From: Escherichia phage vB_Eco_OMNI12
Sequence record: OL362041.1
Length of the DNA: 64,000 nucleotides
Reading direction: 5' to 3' (one strand)
Shown here: piece after piece, positions 1-9,956 of the stretch
Layout: each line of letters begins with the position of its first letter
Position numbering within the stretch: the first letter of the stretch is position 1
Translations under genes and position numbers: made by a program
Notes under the pieces: generated by a model
Told to the model about the DNA's origin: nothing
Database searches by the model: none
Seen by the model: the letters and a program-made list of their open reading frames with translations, nothing else

Positions 1-165
1 CCAAGCTTCATTCCTGTTGGACATTATTTTCGTATATTCTGATTTAAATGCATTCTTAAGCATAGATTCAGTAACTATATGCTCTTCATTAGAAAAATTA
101 TTTCTCAGAATATATCGTTTTATTTCAGGAACAGTTAATAGATGCTGTCCAGTTGAATATTCCAT
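1..165 (-). CDS. hypothetical protein, partial (gene downstream of 46, runs off window)
   Basis: Minus-strand ATG at 165-163 with GGAGG 6 nt upstream; frame open to window edge. Confidence 0.4.
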   Translation of the reverse strand, partial: MEYSTGQHLLTVPEIKRYILRNNFSNEEHIVTESMLKNAFKSEYTKIMSNRNEAW

Positions 166-220
166 GTTTTTCCTCCATAGAGATTATACTCTAATAAATT
201 AAAGCATAATCTCTTATAAA

Positions 221-1903
221 TTAAACCATTACAGTAAACCGACCAACTTTCTTCATTTGAAGATGCTGACCATATGCTTGTGGGTCATGGTCTCTATGCG
301 AAATAACAAAAACGTTAGTATTTTTTAAACTATCTAAAATAGTTGAAATAGCTTTTACACCTTCAACATCAGTTGCTGAATCAAAAACTTCATCAAGAAT
401 TAGTGTGTTTATTTTAACACCTGAAACTTTTTCAGCAATATCACGCCAAGTAAATAAAAGCGCAATATCAATTCGTGCTTTTTCACCTTGACTAAATGAA
501 GCATAACTAAAATCTTCACGACCACGGGATTTAATTGTCTCATTAAATTCTTCATCTAATGTAAACACATAATCCGCTTCCATTATTTTAAGATAATGGT
601 TAATCTGCTTATTAAATAATGGAATGTACTTTTTAATAATAGCACCTTTAATACCAGAATCTTTGAGCATGTCAGTCAAAATTCCTCTGTGGTATTTTTC
701 CATTACTAAATTAGTTTTTGTCTTAACAATTTTATCAAGTTCTTCTTGAAGCAGTGCTATTTCATCAGCATGGTCAATAAACTCAGATGATGCTTTTTCT
801 ATAGCCGCTTTAACTTTTTTAGCTTTATCTACCGTCGTGATTAAGGATTGCTTTTTATTGCGAATATCATTCGCCAACGTCTGCTGGGTTTTAATATTAT
901 CTCGGTATTCATCAACAAGAACTTTTAAATTATCACGATGTGTTGAAAGCTGTTCAAACGAATGCGTGCATTCAGAAACTTTATCTTTAATTTTAGAAAC
1001 AACTTTATCACCGGAACTTAATTGTGACAAACAGGTTGGACATAATCCACCTTCGTGATACATATTAATGACTTTATTATACGAGTCAATTTTTGATTTA
1101 ATTAAAAATGCTTCTTGACCGATTTTATTAAATGCATCAGTTGGGTCTTCATCCAAAACAATATTAACTAATCTTTCGTTAGCTTCTTCTATTTCCGATT
1201 TTAGCGTTCTAGCTTCTTTTGCCAAATCATCATACATATTTTGTAGACGAGTAAGGTTGTCACCCGTTAATTTTTTCTGGCGTTCAACGTTATCATTATA
1301 TATTTTAATTTGTTGGATAATACTATCTTTTTTAACATCAAGCACTTGGTTTTGTGAATTTAATTCACGTATTAGTGCTTTATTAAGCTTATCCATTTCA
1401 GCTAATGTTCCTACCTCAAGCAGGTCTTCCACAAGCTTTCTTCGCGCCGGGGTCGACAAACCCATGAAAGGGGTATACCCTGCTGTACCAAGGACAACAA
1501 TCTGCTTGAAACTGGCATATGACATTCCGATAAGCTGTTCAAATTCTGCTTGGAAATCTTTACTGCTGGCAGATTCATTAAGACGTGTACCGTTAACGGT
1601 GATTTCGAAAACGTTTGGTTTTTGTCCTCTTTTGATATAGTACTTTTTCTCATCATATTCCATCCACAGTTCAACTAAAAGTTCTTTCTTATTTGTGCTG
1701 TTTATTAATTGACCTTTCTTTACATCACGAAATGGCTTGCCAAAAAGCCCAAATGTGATGGCTTCTAACATAGTAGACTTACCACCGCCATTTCGTCCAG
1801 TAATAAGAGTTTTTTGAACCTTATCTAATTGAATGTCAACTCCATTTTGACCAACTGACATTATATTTTTATATTTTACTCTATTAAGTTTAAATGATTT
1901 CAT
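221..1903 (-). CDS. 46: recombination endonuclease subunit gp46 (Rad50/SbcC-like ATPase)
   Basis: 560 aa ORF; Walker A GRNGGGKST; long central coiled coil; length equals T4 gp46. Confidence 0.9.
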   Translation of the reverse strand: MKSFKLNRVKYKNIMSVGQNGVDIQLDKVQKTLITGRNGGGKSTMLEAITFGLFGKPFRDVKKGQLINSTNKKELLVELWMEYDEKKYYIKRGQKPNVFEITVNGTRLNESASSKDFQAEFEQLIGMSYASFKQIVVLGTAGYTPFMGLSTPARRKLVEDLLEVGTLAEMDKLNKALIRELNSQNQVLDVKKDSIIQQIKIYNDNVERQKKLTGDNLTRLQNMYDDLAKEARTLKSEIEEANERLVNIVLDEDPTDAFNKIGQEAFLIKSKIDSYNKVINMYHEGGLCPTCLSQLSSGDKVVSKIKDKVSECTHSFEQLSTHRDNLKVLVDEYRDNIKTQQTLANDIRNKKQSLITTVDKAKKVKAAIEKASSEFIDHADEIALLQEELDKIVKTKTNLVMEKYHRGILTDMLKDSGIKGAIIKKYIPLFNKQINHYLKIMEADYVFTLDEEFNETIKSRGREDFSYASFSQGEKARIDIALLFTWRDIAEKVSGVKINTLILDEVFDSATDVEGVKAISTILDSLKNTNVFVISHRDHDPQAYGQHLQMKKVGRFTVMV

Positions 1904-1918
1904 TTTGTATCCAATTGT

Positions 1919-2773
1919 TCACAATGAAGAAAATTCTTTAACTAAAGCCTGTAATGAAGCCTCTATTGGATATCCATTCTTAACTAACATTTTCCTAAAC
2001 ATTACATGTTTAGGACGATTATATGATATCCACAATTCATACAATTTATCTTTATTATCCCAATGATAGCCTTTTCGTCGAGATGCTATATGAGCTTTTC
2101 TAATCTCCGGATTTTTCCAACTAGCAGCTACTGAATTTGATATAGCTATTTTATATTCAGGTTTTGATAAAGCAGCACGAACAGCCTTTTGGTGTTTAAT
2201 TTTATTTTCTTCGTTATTAAACCATTCCCTTGAAGCCATTGAAATTTTTTGTTTTGTTTTAAAATTATTTAATCTTTCTTTATTATCTTTCCTATTTTTT
2301 GCTACTGAAAAATATTTTAATGCCCTTTCTCTAGCAGCATTTCTATTTTGCGGATTTGAATAATACTGTTGAAGCCTTTTTGATATTGTGTCACTTACAT
2401 CTTGTTTTATAAAACTATATTCAGCAGCTATTAAATCAACTTCGGCTAAAGATAAATTTTTATATGTTTTTCCTGACATCATTCTGTTTAAAGCATTTAA
2501 CATTTTTCCATTTTTACCTTTTGCTAATAAGAAGTGTGCTTTAAAATGATTAAAATGACTTAAATTAACTAAATTCCATGTAGATTTTAAATATTCAGGA
2601 AATATTGATTTAGGAAGCACGTGGTGTGCTTCCGTTTTACCTGGAGTTTTAACAGTTGAATTCACAGAAATAAAATTAATGTAAGACTTGGCGTCTTCTT
2701 CACTCAACGCTAATTTTTCAACTAATTCCTTTATTAAAAATTCATCATTAATGTCAAGTTTAAAATTCTTCAC
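1919..2773 (-). CDS. freestanding HNH homing endonuclease (mob-like)
   Basis: 284 aa; motif KTEAHHVLPKSIFPEY...NLVNLSHFNH; repeated basic C-terminal modules; paralog of ORF 10417-11256. Confidence 0.7.
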   Translation of the reverse strand: MKNFKLDINDEFLIKELVEKLALSEEDAKSYINFISVNSTVKTPGKTEAHHVLPKSIFPEYLKSTWNLVNLSHFNHFKAHFLLAKGKNGKMLNALNRMMSGKTYKNLSLAEVDLIAAEYSFIKQDVSDTISKRLQQYYSNPQNRNAARERALKYFSVAKNRKDNKERLNNFKTKQKISMASREWFNNEENKIKHQKAVRAALSKPEYKIAISNSVAASWKNPEIRKAHIASRRKGYHWDNKDKLYELWISYNRPKHVMFRKMLVKNGYPIEASLQALVKEFSSL

Positions 2774-3033
2774 AAAAGATTCCTTTTAATGTATCTTTTA
2801 GACCATTCTATCATATCATCATAATCTAAAAAGTATTCATCAAATTCAGCCATGCAAACAACACCTTGTGCTGCTTTTGATGTGATATAAATTATTCCAA
2901 CATATCTAGAATCTTCTTCGGTGTATTCAATATTTGCTATGAATTCATCGTTAATGTCAAATGTCGAAAACTTCACAGTATGCATCCTTAATACAAGATA
3001 CGGCCATATCTCGCAATGATTTAGGTGTGTCAT
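2770..3033 (-). CDS. hypothetical protein
   Basis: ORF track 87 aa; start uncertain (overlaps next ORF). Confidence 0.35.
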   Translation of the reverse strand: MTHLNHCEIWPYLVLRMHTVKFSTFDINDEFIANIEYTEEDSRYVGIIYITSKAAQGVVCMAEFDEYFLDYDDMIEWSKRYIKRNLL

Positions 3034-3220
3034 TATCTAAAATGTTGAAGTTAAAAGATACAGCCCAATCTGTACAGACCGTAACTTTTTTAATACAATT
3101 ATCTTCAACCTCTAGCGGTTCAAACCAATATTCAATAATTTCTTTATGCCCAATATCATCTTTTACTTCACATTCAAAATGCTGACTCATCATAACATTT
3201 TTAAATTCATCAAAAGTCAT
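2957..3220 (-). CDS. hypothetical protein
   Basis: ORF track 87 aa; 4-nt overlap with gene 47 stop. Confidence 0.45.
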   Translation of the reverse strand: MTFDEFKNVMMSQHFECEVKDDIGHKEIIEYWFEPLEVEDNCIKKVTVCTDWAVSFNFNILDNDTPKSLRDMAVSCIKDAYCEVFDI

Positions 3221-4236
3221 TGTGTTGCCTCTACATATAACTGATTTGCATATTGAATAAGTGCTTCACGGTCAGAATCAGTGATGTCTGGAATTGCATT
3301 AATGTATTCTTCCATCAACGTCTGAAGAGATTGAACTTCAACTTCTTCACTGTCATCTGACTCGACAGAGTTATCAATCTTTGACACAACTCGTAATGAA
3401 TGCACAACTTTTTCTAGTTCAGATTCGAACTTCGTTAGATTTTTGTCTACTTCAGTTACTATAACACGTACTGATAGATTTGTAAAATCTTTATAGTCAA
3501 TTTTTCCTTTAAATGGATAATGAATTCTACGATGCCAGGTAGTGTTGTTTGGAATAAATTCCATTCGTTCTGTTTCTGTATCAAACATCCAGAACCCACG
3601 AGGGTCATTCTCGTCACCTGCAGTTAGTGTCCATGGTGTCCCAATATATCTGACGTTAGCAGCCTCAGAGATAGTATGGAAGTGACCAGACCACACCTCT
3701 TTATAAGTCTTAAGGAAATCAGGTTCAAGACCGTGAGATTTCATTCCTTTATAAAAATAAAATCCATTCAGTTCCCAGTGACCGACGCAAAAAGAAGCAG
3801 ATGAAGTTTTGATGTGCTCAAGAATTTCACCAGTATTTTCTTCACACATCCAAGGAATTAAATCAATTAAACATCCGTCAAAATCTACTGTAGTAGGCTT
3901 ATCATATACTTTAACATTAGGATATTTAGCCAAAAGCTCAGTAGAGGCATTTGGAGTTAAAGTATTTTTAAAGTGCATATCATGGTTTCCTACAACAGTA
4001 TGTAGGGTAATACCATCATCATCAAGCATTTGAACTATTTCACGAGCGAACTCCATAGTTTTATGCGTGATTGCTTTTCGCACATCAAAAATATCGCCGT
4101 ATTGAATCCATGTAGTAATTCCATTTTTCTTAGAATATTCTATTGCTTGTTTAATTCCATCCAACTGAATGGATTGAACCCACTCATCATCGGCTTTAAC
4201 GCCTAAATGCCAATCACCTAAATTTAAAATTTTCAT
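3217..4236 (-). CDS. 47: recombination endonuclease subunit gp47 (Mre11/SbcD-like nuclease)
   Basis: 339 aa; metallophosphatase motifs GDWHLG, GDIFD, GNHD; length equals T4 gp47. Confidence 0.9.
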   Translation of the reverse strand: MKILNLGDWHLGVKADDEWVQSIQLDGIKQAIEYSKKNGITTWIQYGDIFDVRKAITHKTMEFAREIVQMLDDDGITLHTVVGNHDMHFKNTLTPNASTELLAKYPNVKVYDKPTTVDFDGCLIDLIPWMCEENTGEILEHIKTSSASFCVGHWELNGFYFYKGMKSHGLEPDFLKTYKEVWSGHFHTISEAANVRYIGTPWTLTAGDENDPRGFWMFDTETERMEFIPNNTTWHRRIHYPFKGKIDYKDFTNLSVRVIVTEVDKNLTKFESELEKVVHSLRVVSKIDNSVESDDSEEVEVQSLQTLMEEYINAIPDITDSDREALIQYANQLYVEATQ

Positions 4237-4396
4237 ATATCAAGAACCGTCATTGAAATGCAAAATAAAATTATTGAAATAAACCCATCTGGCGTGCTAA
4301 AGAAACCAATCCAGCATGCTCTAGTGAATAGATAAAATGCAAGAAAAAGTATCACATATCCAAGAAATATCATTATATCAAACTCCGTATAAAGCT

Positions 4397-4414
4397 AAAG
4401 GGCCGAAGCCCTTT
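4397..4414 (-). terminator. GC hairpin (UUCG loop) immediately 3' of a-gt stop
   Basis: AAAGGGC-UUCG-GCCCUUU on minus-strand RNA; weak U-tract. Confidence 0.4.
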
Positions 4415-5615
4415 ATTTTGTAATAATGTCAAACTGTTCTTTAAAGCAGAAGCTTGAATCTTGATGCTGATACAAAAATTCATATGCTTTTTCTCGCTCA
4501 CGGTCATAAAGAGCTCGGTCAGATGACAGTTCTTTAATACGTTCAAACGTTGATTCCATATCATTTTCATCAAACCAAATGATACCGCTATCATGCGAGG
4601 TCAAAGGAGTATTATCAACACGGAATTTTAAATTTTCGCCAGTAGATTTCCAAAATACCGGAATTGTTCCACATGCACCAAGCTCGAGATGAGTATATTC
4701 TAAAGAACGTTGTAGATATTTTTTGTCCAACTTACTCAGCTGATAACCAAATCCGGATTTACTCATGCGTTCAAGCATTTCGCTATTTACATAACGGTCA
4801 AGAATTTGCGTTGGCAAATTAGGAGCAATTTTAATTTGGTCTACTTGATGAAGACGATAATACTCGTATGGAATTCCTTTTTCTTTAATAGGAATGAACG
4901 CTGGAGAACGTTCCAGACCTTCCATAATAGTACTTAGTCCTGCAGGTTTAAGATGTTTTTCATGAAAATCAAACATCTGATAAAAACCTTTCCATGTAGT
5001 CGTACGACCAATCCAACGGTTAACATTCATGTTAATTTCAGAAACATCTTTCCAGTAGGTTGATCGAACCTTCGCAATATCCATTGGAGGCTGAAAGTTA
5101 TATACTGTCGGTGCTTCTTCAATATCATCAAACAGAGAAACAGTTTCTGGATACCATTCTTTCATCAGAACTTTATTAAAATCACCATTATCAGAATGGC
5201 TAAAAATAACATCAGCTCGACGAACAGTTTCTTCTAATCCCAAATTTCGGCGCAAAGAAAGAGAAGAATGGTCATGTTGATAAACTACAACACGAACCGA
5301 AGGTTTAATATTATCAATAATTTTTTTATAGTTATTAATAGTGTCTTCTTCAACTGAAGTAGCAGGAACGGAATTGATAATTAGAATATCACAATCATTT
5401 ACCAGCTTAAGTGTTTTATCGTATTCTTTTGCCAATAAAACCGGAATTGAAAATGATTTATAATCATGCGCACAATTACGAGTAAATGATTTATCTTTAG
5501 CATAAACCAAAGTTACTTCATGACCATTTTTAATAAACCAATCACGCTGCTCAAGAGAAAATTTAGTTACACCGCAACCTTCAAGACCTCGAGCCATAAA
5601 AATACATACTTTCAT
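4413..5615 (-). CDS. a-gt: DNA alpha-glucosyltransferase
   Basis: 400 aa; N-terminus MKVCIFMARGLEGCGVTKFS matches remembered T4 alpha-gt; same length. Confidence 0.85.
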   Translation of the reverse strand: MKVCIFMARGLEGCGVTKFSLEQRDWFIKNGHEVTLVYAKDKSFTRNCAHDYKSFSIPVLLAKEYDKTLKLVNDCDILIINSVPATSVEEDTINNYKKIIDNIKPSVRVVVYQHDHSSLSLRRNLGLEETVRRADVIFSHSDNGDFNKVLMKEWYPETVSLFDDIEEAPTVYNFQPPMDIAKVRSTYWKDVSEINMNVNRWIGRTTTWKGFYQMFDFHEKHLKPAGLSTIMEGLERSPAFIPIKEKGIPYEYYRLHQVDQIKIAPNLPTQILDRYVNSEMLERMSKSGFGYQLSKLDKKYLQRSLEYTHLELGACGTIPVFWKSTGENLKFRVDNTPLTSHDSGIIWFDENDMESTFERIKELSSDRALYDREREKAYEFLYQHQDSSFCFKEQFDIITK

Positions 5616-5655
5616 TTAATATCCTCTTTGTTTTGGTTTATTTTACCAAAAATTT

Positions 5656-5684
5656 ATAAAGCAATATAGGAGCCGAAGCTCCTA
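5656..5684 (-). terminator. GC hairpin (UUCG loop) with U-rich tail
   Basis: AUAGGAGC-UUCG-GCUCCUAU then U-rich tail on minus RNA. Confidence 0.45.
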
Positions 5685-5873
5685 TCCACATAATACGCCA
5701 TACAGAGGCTCGTTAGAACTTTTAAATTTTATGCGCTTATATTTTATAGTTCCTTCTGCTTTAGCTTTATCATGAGACTCTTTAAAGCGTCTCATCATTT
5801 CCTCTTGAGAGGAACGAATTTTATTATAATCTATTTCAGAAGTCTGGTGTTCATCTTTCATAACTGCCACCAT
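5682..5873 (-). CDS. hypothetical protein
   Basis: ORF track 63 aa. Confidence 0.4.
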   Translation of the reverse strand: MVAVMKDEHQTSEIDYNKIRSSQEEMMRRFKESHDKAKAEGTIKYKRIKFKSSNEPLYGVLCG

Positions 5874-6064
5874 TTTTTGACTTGATAAGAATCAACCCAC
5901 ACTTTCATATTAGGGTCTGCTCTTACAATAGGAGGATTAACTTCTTTAATTGAACTATCATGGTATTCTTTTTCAGAAATTTTCACACAAAGATGACCAT
6001 TCAAAGATTCAGTAAATCCTGCATTAATTTTAAGACGCTTGAATTTTACGTGTGTAAGCATCAA
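5858..6064 (-). CDS. hypothetical protein
   Basis: ORF track 68 aa. Confidence 0.4.
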   Translation of the reverse strand: MMLTHVKFKRLKINAGFTESLNGHLCVKISEKEYHDSSIKEVNPPIVRADPNMKVWVDSYQVKKWWQL

Positions 6065-6347
6065 TCATATCCTCAATCTGCGATCTAGTAGTCTTCCAAA
6101 GAATACTGATGAGTTCATCGTTATATGGCTGTTTCAGAATATCCCGACTTTTCTTGATAGCATATTCGTATTGAGCAAAATTATTGTTTTCAGCTGCGAT
6201 CTGAGCGTGCTTATAAAGACGATTCAGTTCGCGTTTGTTTTTAGACAATAACTTATTTGCTTTTCTTTCTGCTTCAAGACGGTTCTTTTCTTCAATAGAA
6301 GAAATAAGCTTTTCCACTTCATCATTAATTTCGGGTTTATCAGTCAT
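6030..6347 (-). CDS. hypothetical protein
   Basis: ORF track 105 aa. Confidence 0.45.
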   Translation of the reverse strand: MTDKPEINDEVEKLISSIEEKNRLEAERKANKLLSKNKRELNRLYKHAQIAAENNNFAQYEYAIKKSRDILKQPYNDELISILWKTTRSQIEDMIDAYTRKIQAS

Positions 6348-6348
6348 A

Positions 6349-6567
6349 TTATTTCTCTAATATAAAATAAAAATCATCATCTGTTAAATGATACCGATAG
6401 TTTAATTCTACACCATTAGATTTAAAAGCGGTATCATACGGATTTTCTGGATCAATATCAATGTCAAGAGCTAAAACTTCCCTGAGATACATTTTAAGTA
6501 AATAGGGAATAGCTTCAACTTCAGGTATTTCTTCCAAGAATCCGGAGAGGTTAATCGTTAGCCTCAT
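6349..6567 (-). CDS. hypothetical protein
   Basis: ORF track 72 aa. Confidence 0.4.
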
Positions 6568-7108
6568 ATAAAAAATCCAAACTAGGAGAATCGTCTACAA
6601 CACTTTTCTTTTCAGCCCCCGGTGTTCTATAGGTTGATTCTTCGTAATGCGTCATTTTATCGTAGATGTCTTGAATAAAAGTTTCATCTACTAACGCAAC
6701 CATATCGTCGTCACGACTGTCATAGACATTGTGAACGAAGTAACTATATTTCTTTGCAACTTCCTTACGTTCTTTTTTAATACGTTGGACAAATGCATTA
6801 AAACAAGCTTGAGTTATATACGCATGTGGGTTTTTATATTTCGTTTCATCAAAATTGTGAAGCCCCTTAATAGAAGCTTCTATACCATCTGCAATCATTT
6901 CTTGTTTCCAAGACTGGGTGTATCCTGAAAAGTTGAAACGTTTAGATAAGCCTTCTGCAATAAGCATAATGGCTAATCCGATAGTATCATTCTGACGAAC
7001 TACTTTATTTGGGTCTTTATTATTTGCTAATTCTGTTTTCCAATCAATAATAGCTTGTAAAAGCTCTTTATTGTTTACGTAATTATATTTAGGCTTAGTT
7101 TCTGACAT
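6551..7108 (-). CDS. 55: late-transcription sigma factor gp55
   Basis: ORF 187 aa; start at third codon gives 185 aa as in T4 gp55; [11 protein letters not shown]-terminus. Confidence 0.85.
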
Positions 7109-7186
7109 TTTCACCTCTTAGCTCAATTCATAGATCTATTATATCATAATATTTGAAGATCTATCTTAAAGCATAGAGGATATCAG

Positions 7187-7456
7187 TTATCTAAGTAAGC
7201 AGTATGCTTGGAACACTTTCTCCATCATCTTTTTAAATTCATGAATATCTATGTAATGATCATTAATATCAGCGCGATATAAAAAGTCTAAAAACTTTTT
7301 ATGGGTATTAGAATATTTACTTCCAGTTAATTCAGAAACATGGCTTTCCCAATATCCAACACCAGTTTTATTTGGGAAAAATGAAATTTTCATGTATTGG
7401 TCAACATAGAAAATACCAAAATTTTCAATAGCAATAGAAATATTAATTAATTTCAT
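7187..7456 (-). CDS. hypothetical protein
   Basis: ORF track 89 aa. Confidence 0.45.
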   Translation of the reverse strand: MKLINISIAIENFGIFYVDQYMKISFFPNKTGVGYWESHVSELTGSKYSNTHKKFLDFLYRADINDHYIDIHEFKKMMEKVFQAYCLLR

Positions 7457-7668
7457 ACATTCATCAACTTAGCCGCTTCAAGAGCTGCATCTAGTGAATC
7501 AAATTGGTCAACATATTCAATCAATTCGCCGTAATTGGCATATAACCACCATTGGCTAAATTCATACTCAAGGATGAATCCGTTTCCTTCAATTTGAGTT
7601 AAACCAATGCCATTTGTATTTACTTCATATCCAGCAAGACGCAAATCGTTAATAAGAGCTTCGTTCAT
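7453..7668 (-). CDS. hypothetical protein
   Basis: ORF track 71 aa; 4-nt overlaps with neighbours. Confidence 0.45.
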   Translation of the reverse strand: MNEALINDLRLAGYEVNTNGIGLTQIEGNGFILEYEFSQWWLYANYGELIEYVDQFDSLDAALEAAKLMNV

Positions 7669-7670
7669 AA

Positions 7671-7997
7671 TTATACCTTAGTAATTTTCAGGTCTGCAAA
7701 TTTTTTCTTACGTTGATTTTTCATGCGACGAATAGTTTTATCGGAAATTTCATGCTTTTGATAAGCTTTAGATTCTACACCAAAAGCTTTAACATCAAAT
7801 TCTGACAAGATATATTGAACCAACAATTCACGGACAGTATTGCGTCCAATCTTCTGATCATTCTGTTTCATCGTCTGATGAAGCTCTTTTTCCCATTTAT
7901 CCAAAATTTGAGGAGTTACAATATCGCCTTTTTCTAGCAAAGAAACTACTTTATCATATGCGTAAGAATTGATGGCGTTTTTAATTTGAATAGTCAT
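7671..7997 (-). CDS. hypothetical protein
   Basis: ORF track 108 aa. Confidence 0.45.
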   Translation of the reverse strand: MTIQIKNAINSYAYDKVVSLLEKGDIVTPQILDKWEKELHQTMKQNDQKIGRNTVRELLVQYILSEFDVKAFGVESKAYQKHEISDKTIRRMKNQRKKKFADLKITKV

Positions 7998-8030
7998 ACA
8001 TTATCCTCAATTACGTTAAAATTTTATTAT

Positions 8031-8052
8031 CCAAAAAGGGCCGAAGCCCTTA
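8031..8052 (-). terminator. intrinsic terminator-like hairpin
   Basis: AAGGGC-UUCG-GCCCUU followed by UUUGG, directly after stop of ORF 8050-8250. Confidence 0.55.
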
Positions 8053-8250
8053 GCTAAACTTTTTGGCACCCTTCCAGCCTTCGTACATCATTGCGACTGA
8101 CAATGACAAAGCTCCTTCACATGCTGTGTACTTATTATTCCAGAACCAATTTAGAAAAACTTCGTCCTCAATACCATTGTGTTTCATGTTCTGGAAAAAT
8201 TTGGCGCGTTCTTCAGCAATTCGCTGCGATAATTTAGATTCAGGATTCAT
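8050..8250 (-). CDS. hypothetical protein
   Basis: ORF track 66 aa. Confidence 0.45.
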   Translation of the reverse strand: MNPESKLSQRIAEERAKFFQNMKHNGIEDEVFLNWFWNNKYTACEGALSLSVAMMYEGWKGAKKFS

Positions 8251-8466
8251 TTAAATTTTCCAATTACCGTTTTCATCAATGAATTTAATCCAGTCATTTA
8301 CTGACCACTTAGTTGTATCACCTTTTGGAGTAACATTTAAAGTGTATAGCCCTTGCTTAAAAAGCATTCGCTTGATATTCATATTTTCCTCAGCTGTAAC
8401 GATAACACTCGTTTGATTTACGTTTAGCAACTCGTTGAGAAGTATTATAATCAAAATCATCGTCAA
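8251..8466 (-). CDS. hypothetical protein (start possibly internal Met at 8385)
   Basis: ORF track 71 aa; overlaps ORF 8390-8722 in another frame. Confidence 0.35.
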   Translation of the reverse strand: MTMILIIILLNELLNVNQTSVIVTAEENMNIKRMLFKQGLYTLNVTPKGDTTKWSVNDWIKFIDENGNWKI

Positions 8467-8722
8467 TGTAAACTGATTTTTTCAACTTTCTTACTTCACC
8501 ACGTAATTGGCGATTTAGCTCATCTTTAACTTCTGAATCAATACCTTTCATTCTACGCCATTTATCTGAGCGAAAAATGTTTTCAACCATATCTTTATGA
8601 CTTACACCATCAGGAGCTTTACGCTTTCCGAAATAGTCATAATCACGAACTTTCAAGTCTTTACGACGATACGTTTTACCCATGGAGTTTAATTTCCTTA
8701 GCAACTGAACTAAATGCAGCAC
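8390..8722 (-). CDS. hypothetical basic protein
   Basis: ORF track 110 aa; start uncertain. Confidence 0.4.
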   Translation of the reverse strand: MLHLVQLLRKLNSMGKTYRRKDLKVRDYDYFGKRKAPDGVSHKDMVENIFRSDKWRRMKGIDSEVKDELNRQLRGEVRKLKKSVYIDDDFDYNTSQRVAKRKSNECYRYS

Positions 8723-8858
8723 GATCGCAAATCATGCGTTTATGTAACTTGAGTATAATATAGCAAACTTCAAAACTATTTACATGAGTAACACGAACAG
8801 CATTACCATTAATGAGATAATACTGTCCCTTTTTAATTTCTTTATCAACCATAACCAT
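8676..8858 (-). CDS. hypothetical protein
   Basis: ORF track 60 aa; early promoter 25 nt upstream. Confidence 0.4.
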   Translation of the reverse strand: MVMVDKEIKKGQYYLINGNAVRVTHVNSFEVCYIILKLHKRMICDRAAFSSVAKEIKLHG

Positions 8859-8882
8859 ATCAATTCCTCAAAGGCAATTCAT

Positions 8883-8917
8883 ATGTTAATAATACCACAG
8901 TTTGAGCTCGTTGTAAA
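8883..8917 (-). promoter_or_regulatory. T4-type early promoter
   Basis: Minus strand -35 TTTACA (8912-8917), 17-nt spacer, -10 TATTAT (8889-8894); upstream element TTTCACAAAGTTG. Confidence 0.6.
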
Positions 8918-8992
8918 CAACTTTGTGAAAAATATTTTAGGGAATGATAAGAAAGGAACGATAACTTAGAATGGTAATATACAGAATGTGAG

Positions 8993-9014
8993 AAAGAAAG
9001 GCCCAGAGGGCCCG
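8993..9014 (-). terminator. terminator-like hairpin 3' of nrdH
   Basis: GGCCC-UCU-GGGCC followed by UUUCUUUC. Confidence 0.45.
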
Positions 9015-9016
9015 TC

Positions 9017-9340
9017 TTAATCTTCTATGATATCTCTATCATATCCAAGTGAAATGAGAGTTTCTTTGAAGTGTTTAATGTTCTTTTGTCTAGAATCATT
9101 AATGAAAATGACTGGATAACGAATGTTAAGAGATGTGAATCCAGCGCGTTTAGCAAGAGATACAATCAGCGGACGATCATACTCAATCTTACCATTATTT
9201 GTAAGAACTTTATAGAAAGTAAAAGGAGCATTGAGCTCCTTTAGAAGTTTTGTAACTGATTGACATCCAGGACAACGACCTACTTCATCTGGAATTCCAT
9301 AGACTTCAATCTTATTCTTTAAGTTCGAGTTTTGTTCCAC
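9017..9340 (-). CDS. nrdH: glutaredoxin-like NrdH
   Basis: CPGC redox motif; ORF-track ATG start lies far upstream in a hydrophobic extension; GTG at 9340-9338 with AAGGAA upstream proposed as start (uncertain). Confidence 0.6.
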   Translation of the reverse strand: MEQNSNLKNKIEVYGIPDEVGRCPGCQSVTKLLKELNAPFTFYKVLTNNGKIEYDRPLIVSLAKRAGFTSLNIRYPVIFINDSRQKNIKHFKETLISLGYDRDIIED

Positions 9341-9623
9341 GAGAAATAATTCCTTGGTAAGCCCAATAAGGAGGATTAACAGAATCCTCGCCAGAGTTTT
9401 CTTCAGGAAAATAAACCTGGATAACAAATCCAGATGCATCAAAGGTAAAATAAACCGTAGGCAGTTCACCTAACAATTCGGCACGAGCATTAATTTCTTC
9501 GAGATCTCGTTCACGTCCAGCCCAAAAACTAGGATTTAGACTACATTCGTAAAAATAATAGTCATTACCGAACATATCAAAACCCTTCCAACTCTCTACC
9601 ACATACCGCTCAAAACTAATCAT
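9312..9623 (-). CDS. hypothetical protein
   Basis: ORF track 103 aa. Confidence 0.45.
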   Translation of the reverse strand: MISFERYVVESWKGFDMFGNDYYFYECSLNPSFWAGRERDLEEINARAELLGELPTVYFTFDASGFVIQVYFPEENSGEDSVNPPYWAYQGIISRGTKLELKE

Positions 9624-9625
9624 AA

Positions 9626-9841
9626 TTAAGCCTTTTTATCAAGAACAGAATTCAGCTTGTTAGTAATTTTATCCAGACGCTCATTGAACTCGCTAGAAGA
9701 TAAACCCTTTTCTGGAGAAATCAAACTAATCACGAAAAATATAGCAATAAAAGGAATAAGGAAAATAGCTCCAACTGCCATAAACAGAAAGAATGTTACA
9801 GTTGTAAGAAAATCAGCTAAACCTTTACGAAATTTATACAT
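9626..9841 (-). CDS. small membrane protein
   Basis: 71 aa; single long hydrophobic helix. Confidence 0.45.
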   Translation of the reverse strand: MYKFRKGLADFLTTVTFFLFMAVGAIFLIPFIAIFFVISLISPEKGLSSSEFNERLDKITNKLNSVLDKKA

Positions 9842-9956
9842 ATTTTACCCTTAATTGATTAACCAAGCATTGATAAGCACTAAACTATACTGTGAATAAA
9901 ATTCTGGACCAAAATGAAAAATCATATCATTTATAGTATCCATAATGTAATTCAAT

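Noticed and set aside
17-202. Plus-strand ORF of 61 aa at the window start
   Set aside because: Overlaps a minus-strand gene that has a strong GGAGG ribosome-binding site and fits the operon orientation; no start signal on the plus strand.
9341-9469. Long hydrophobic N-terminal extension of the NrdH ORF from the ORF-track ATG
   Set aside because: The extension overlaps the upstream gene and has no ribosome-binding site. A GTG with AAGGAA upstream gives a glutaredoxin-sized product, though that start is itself uncertain.
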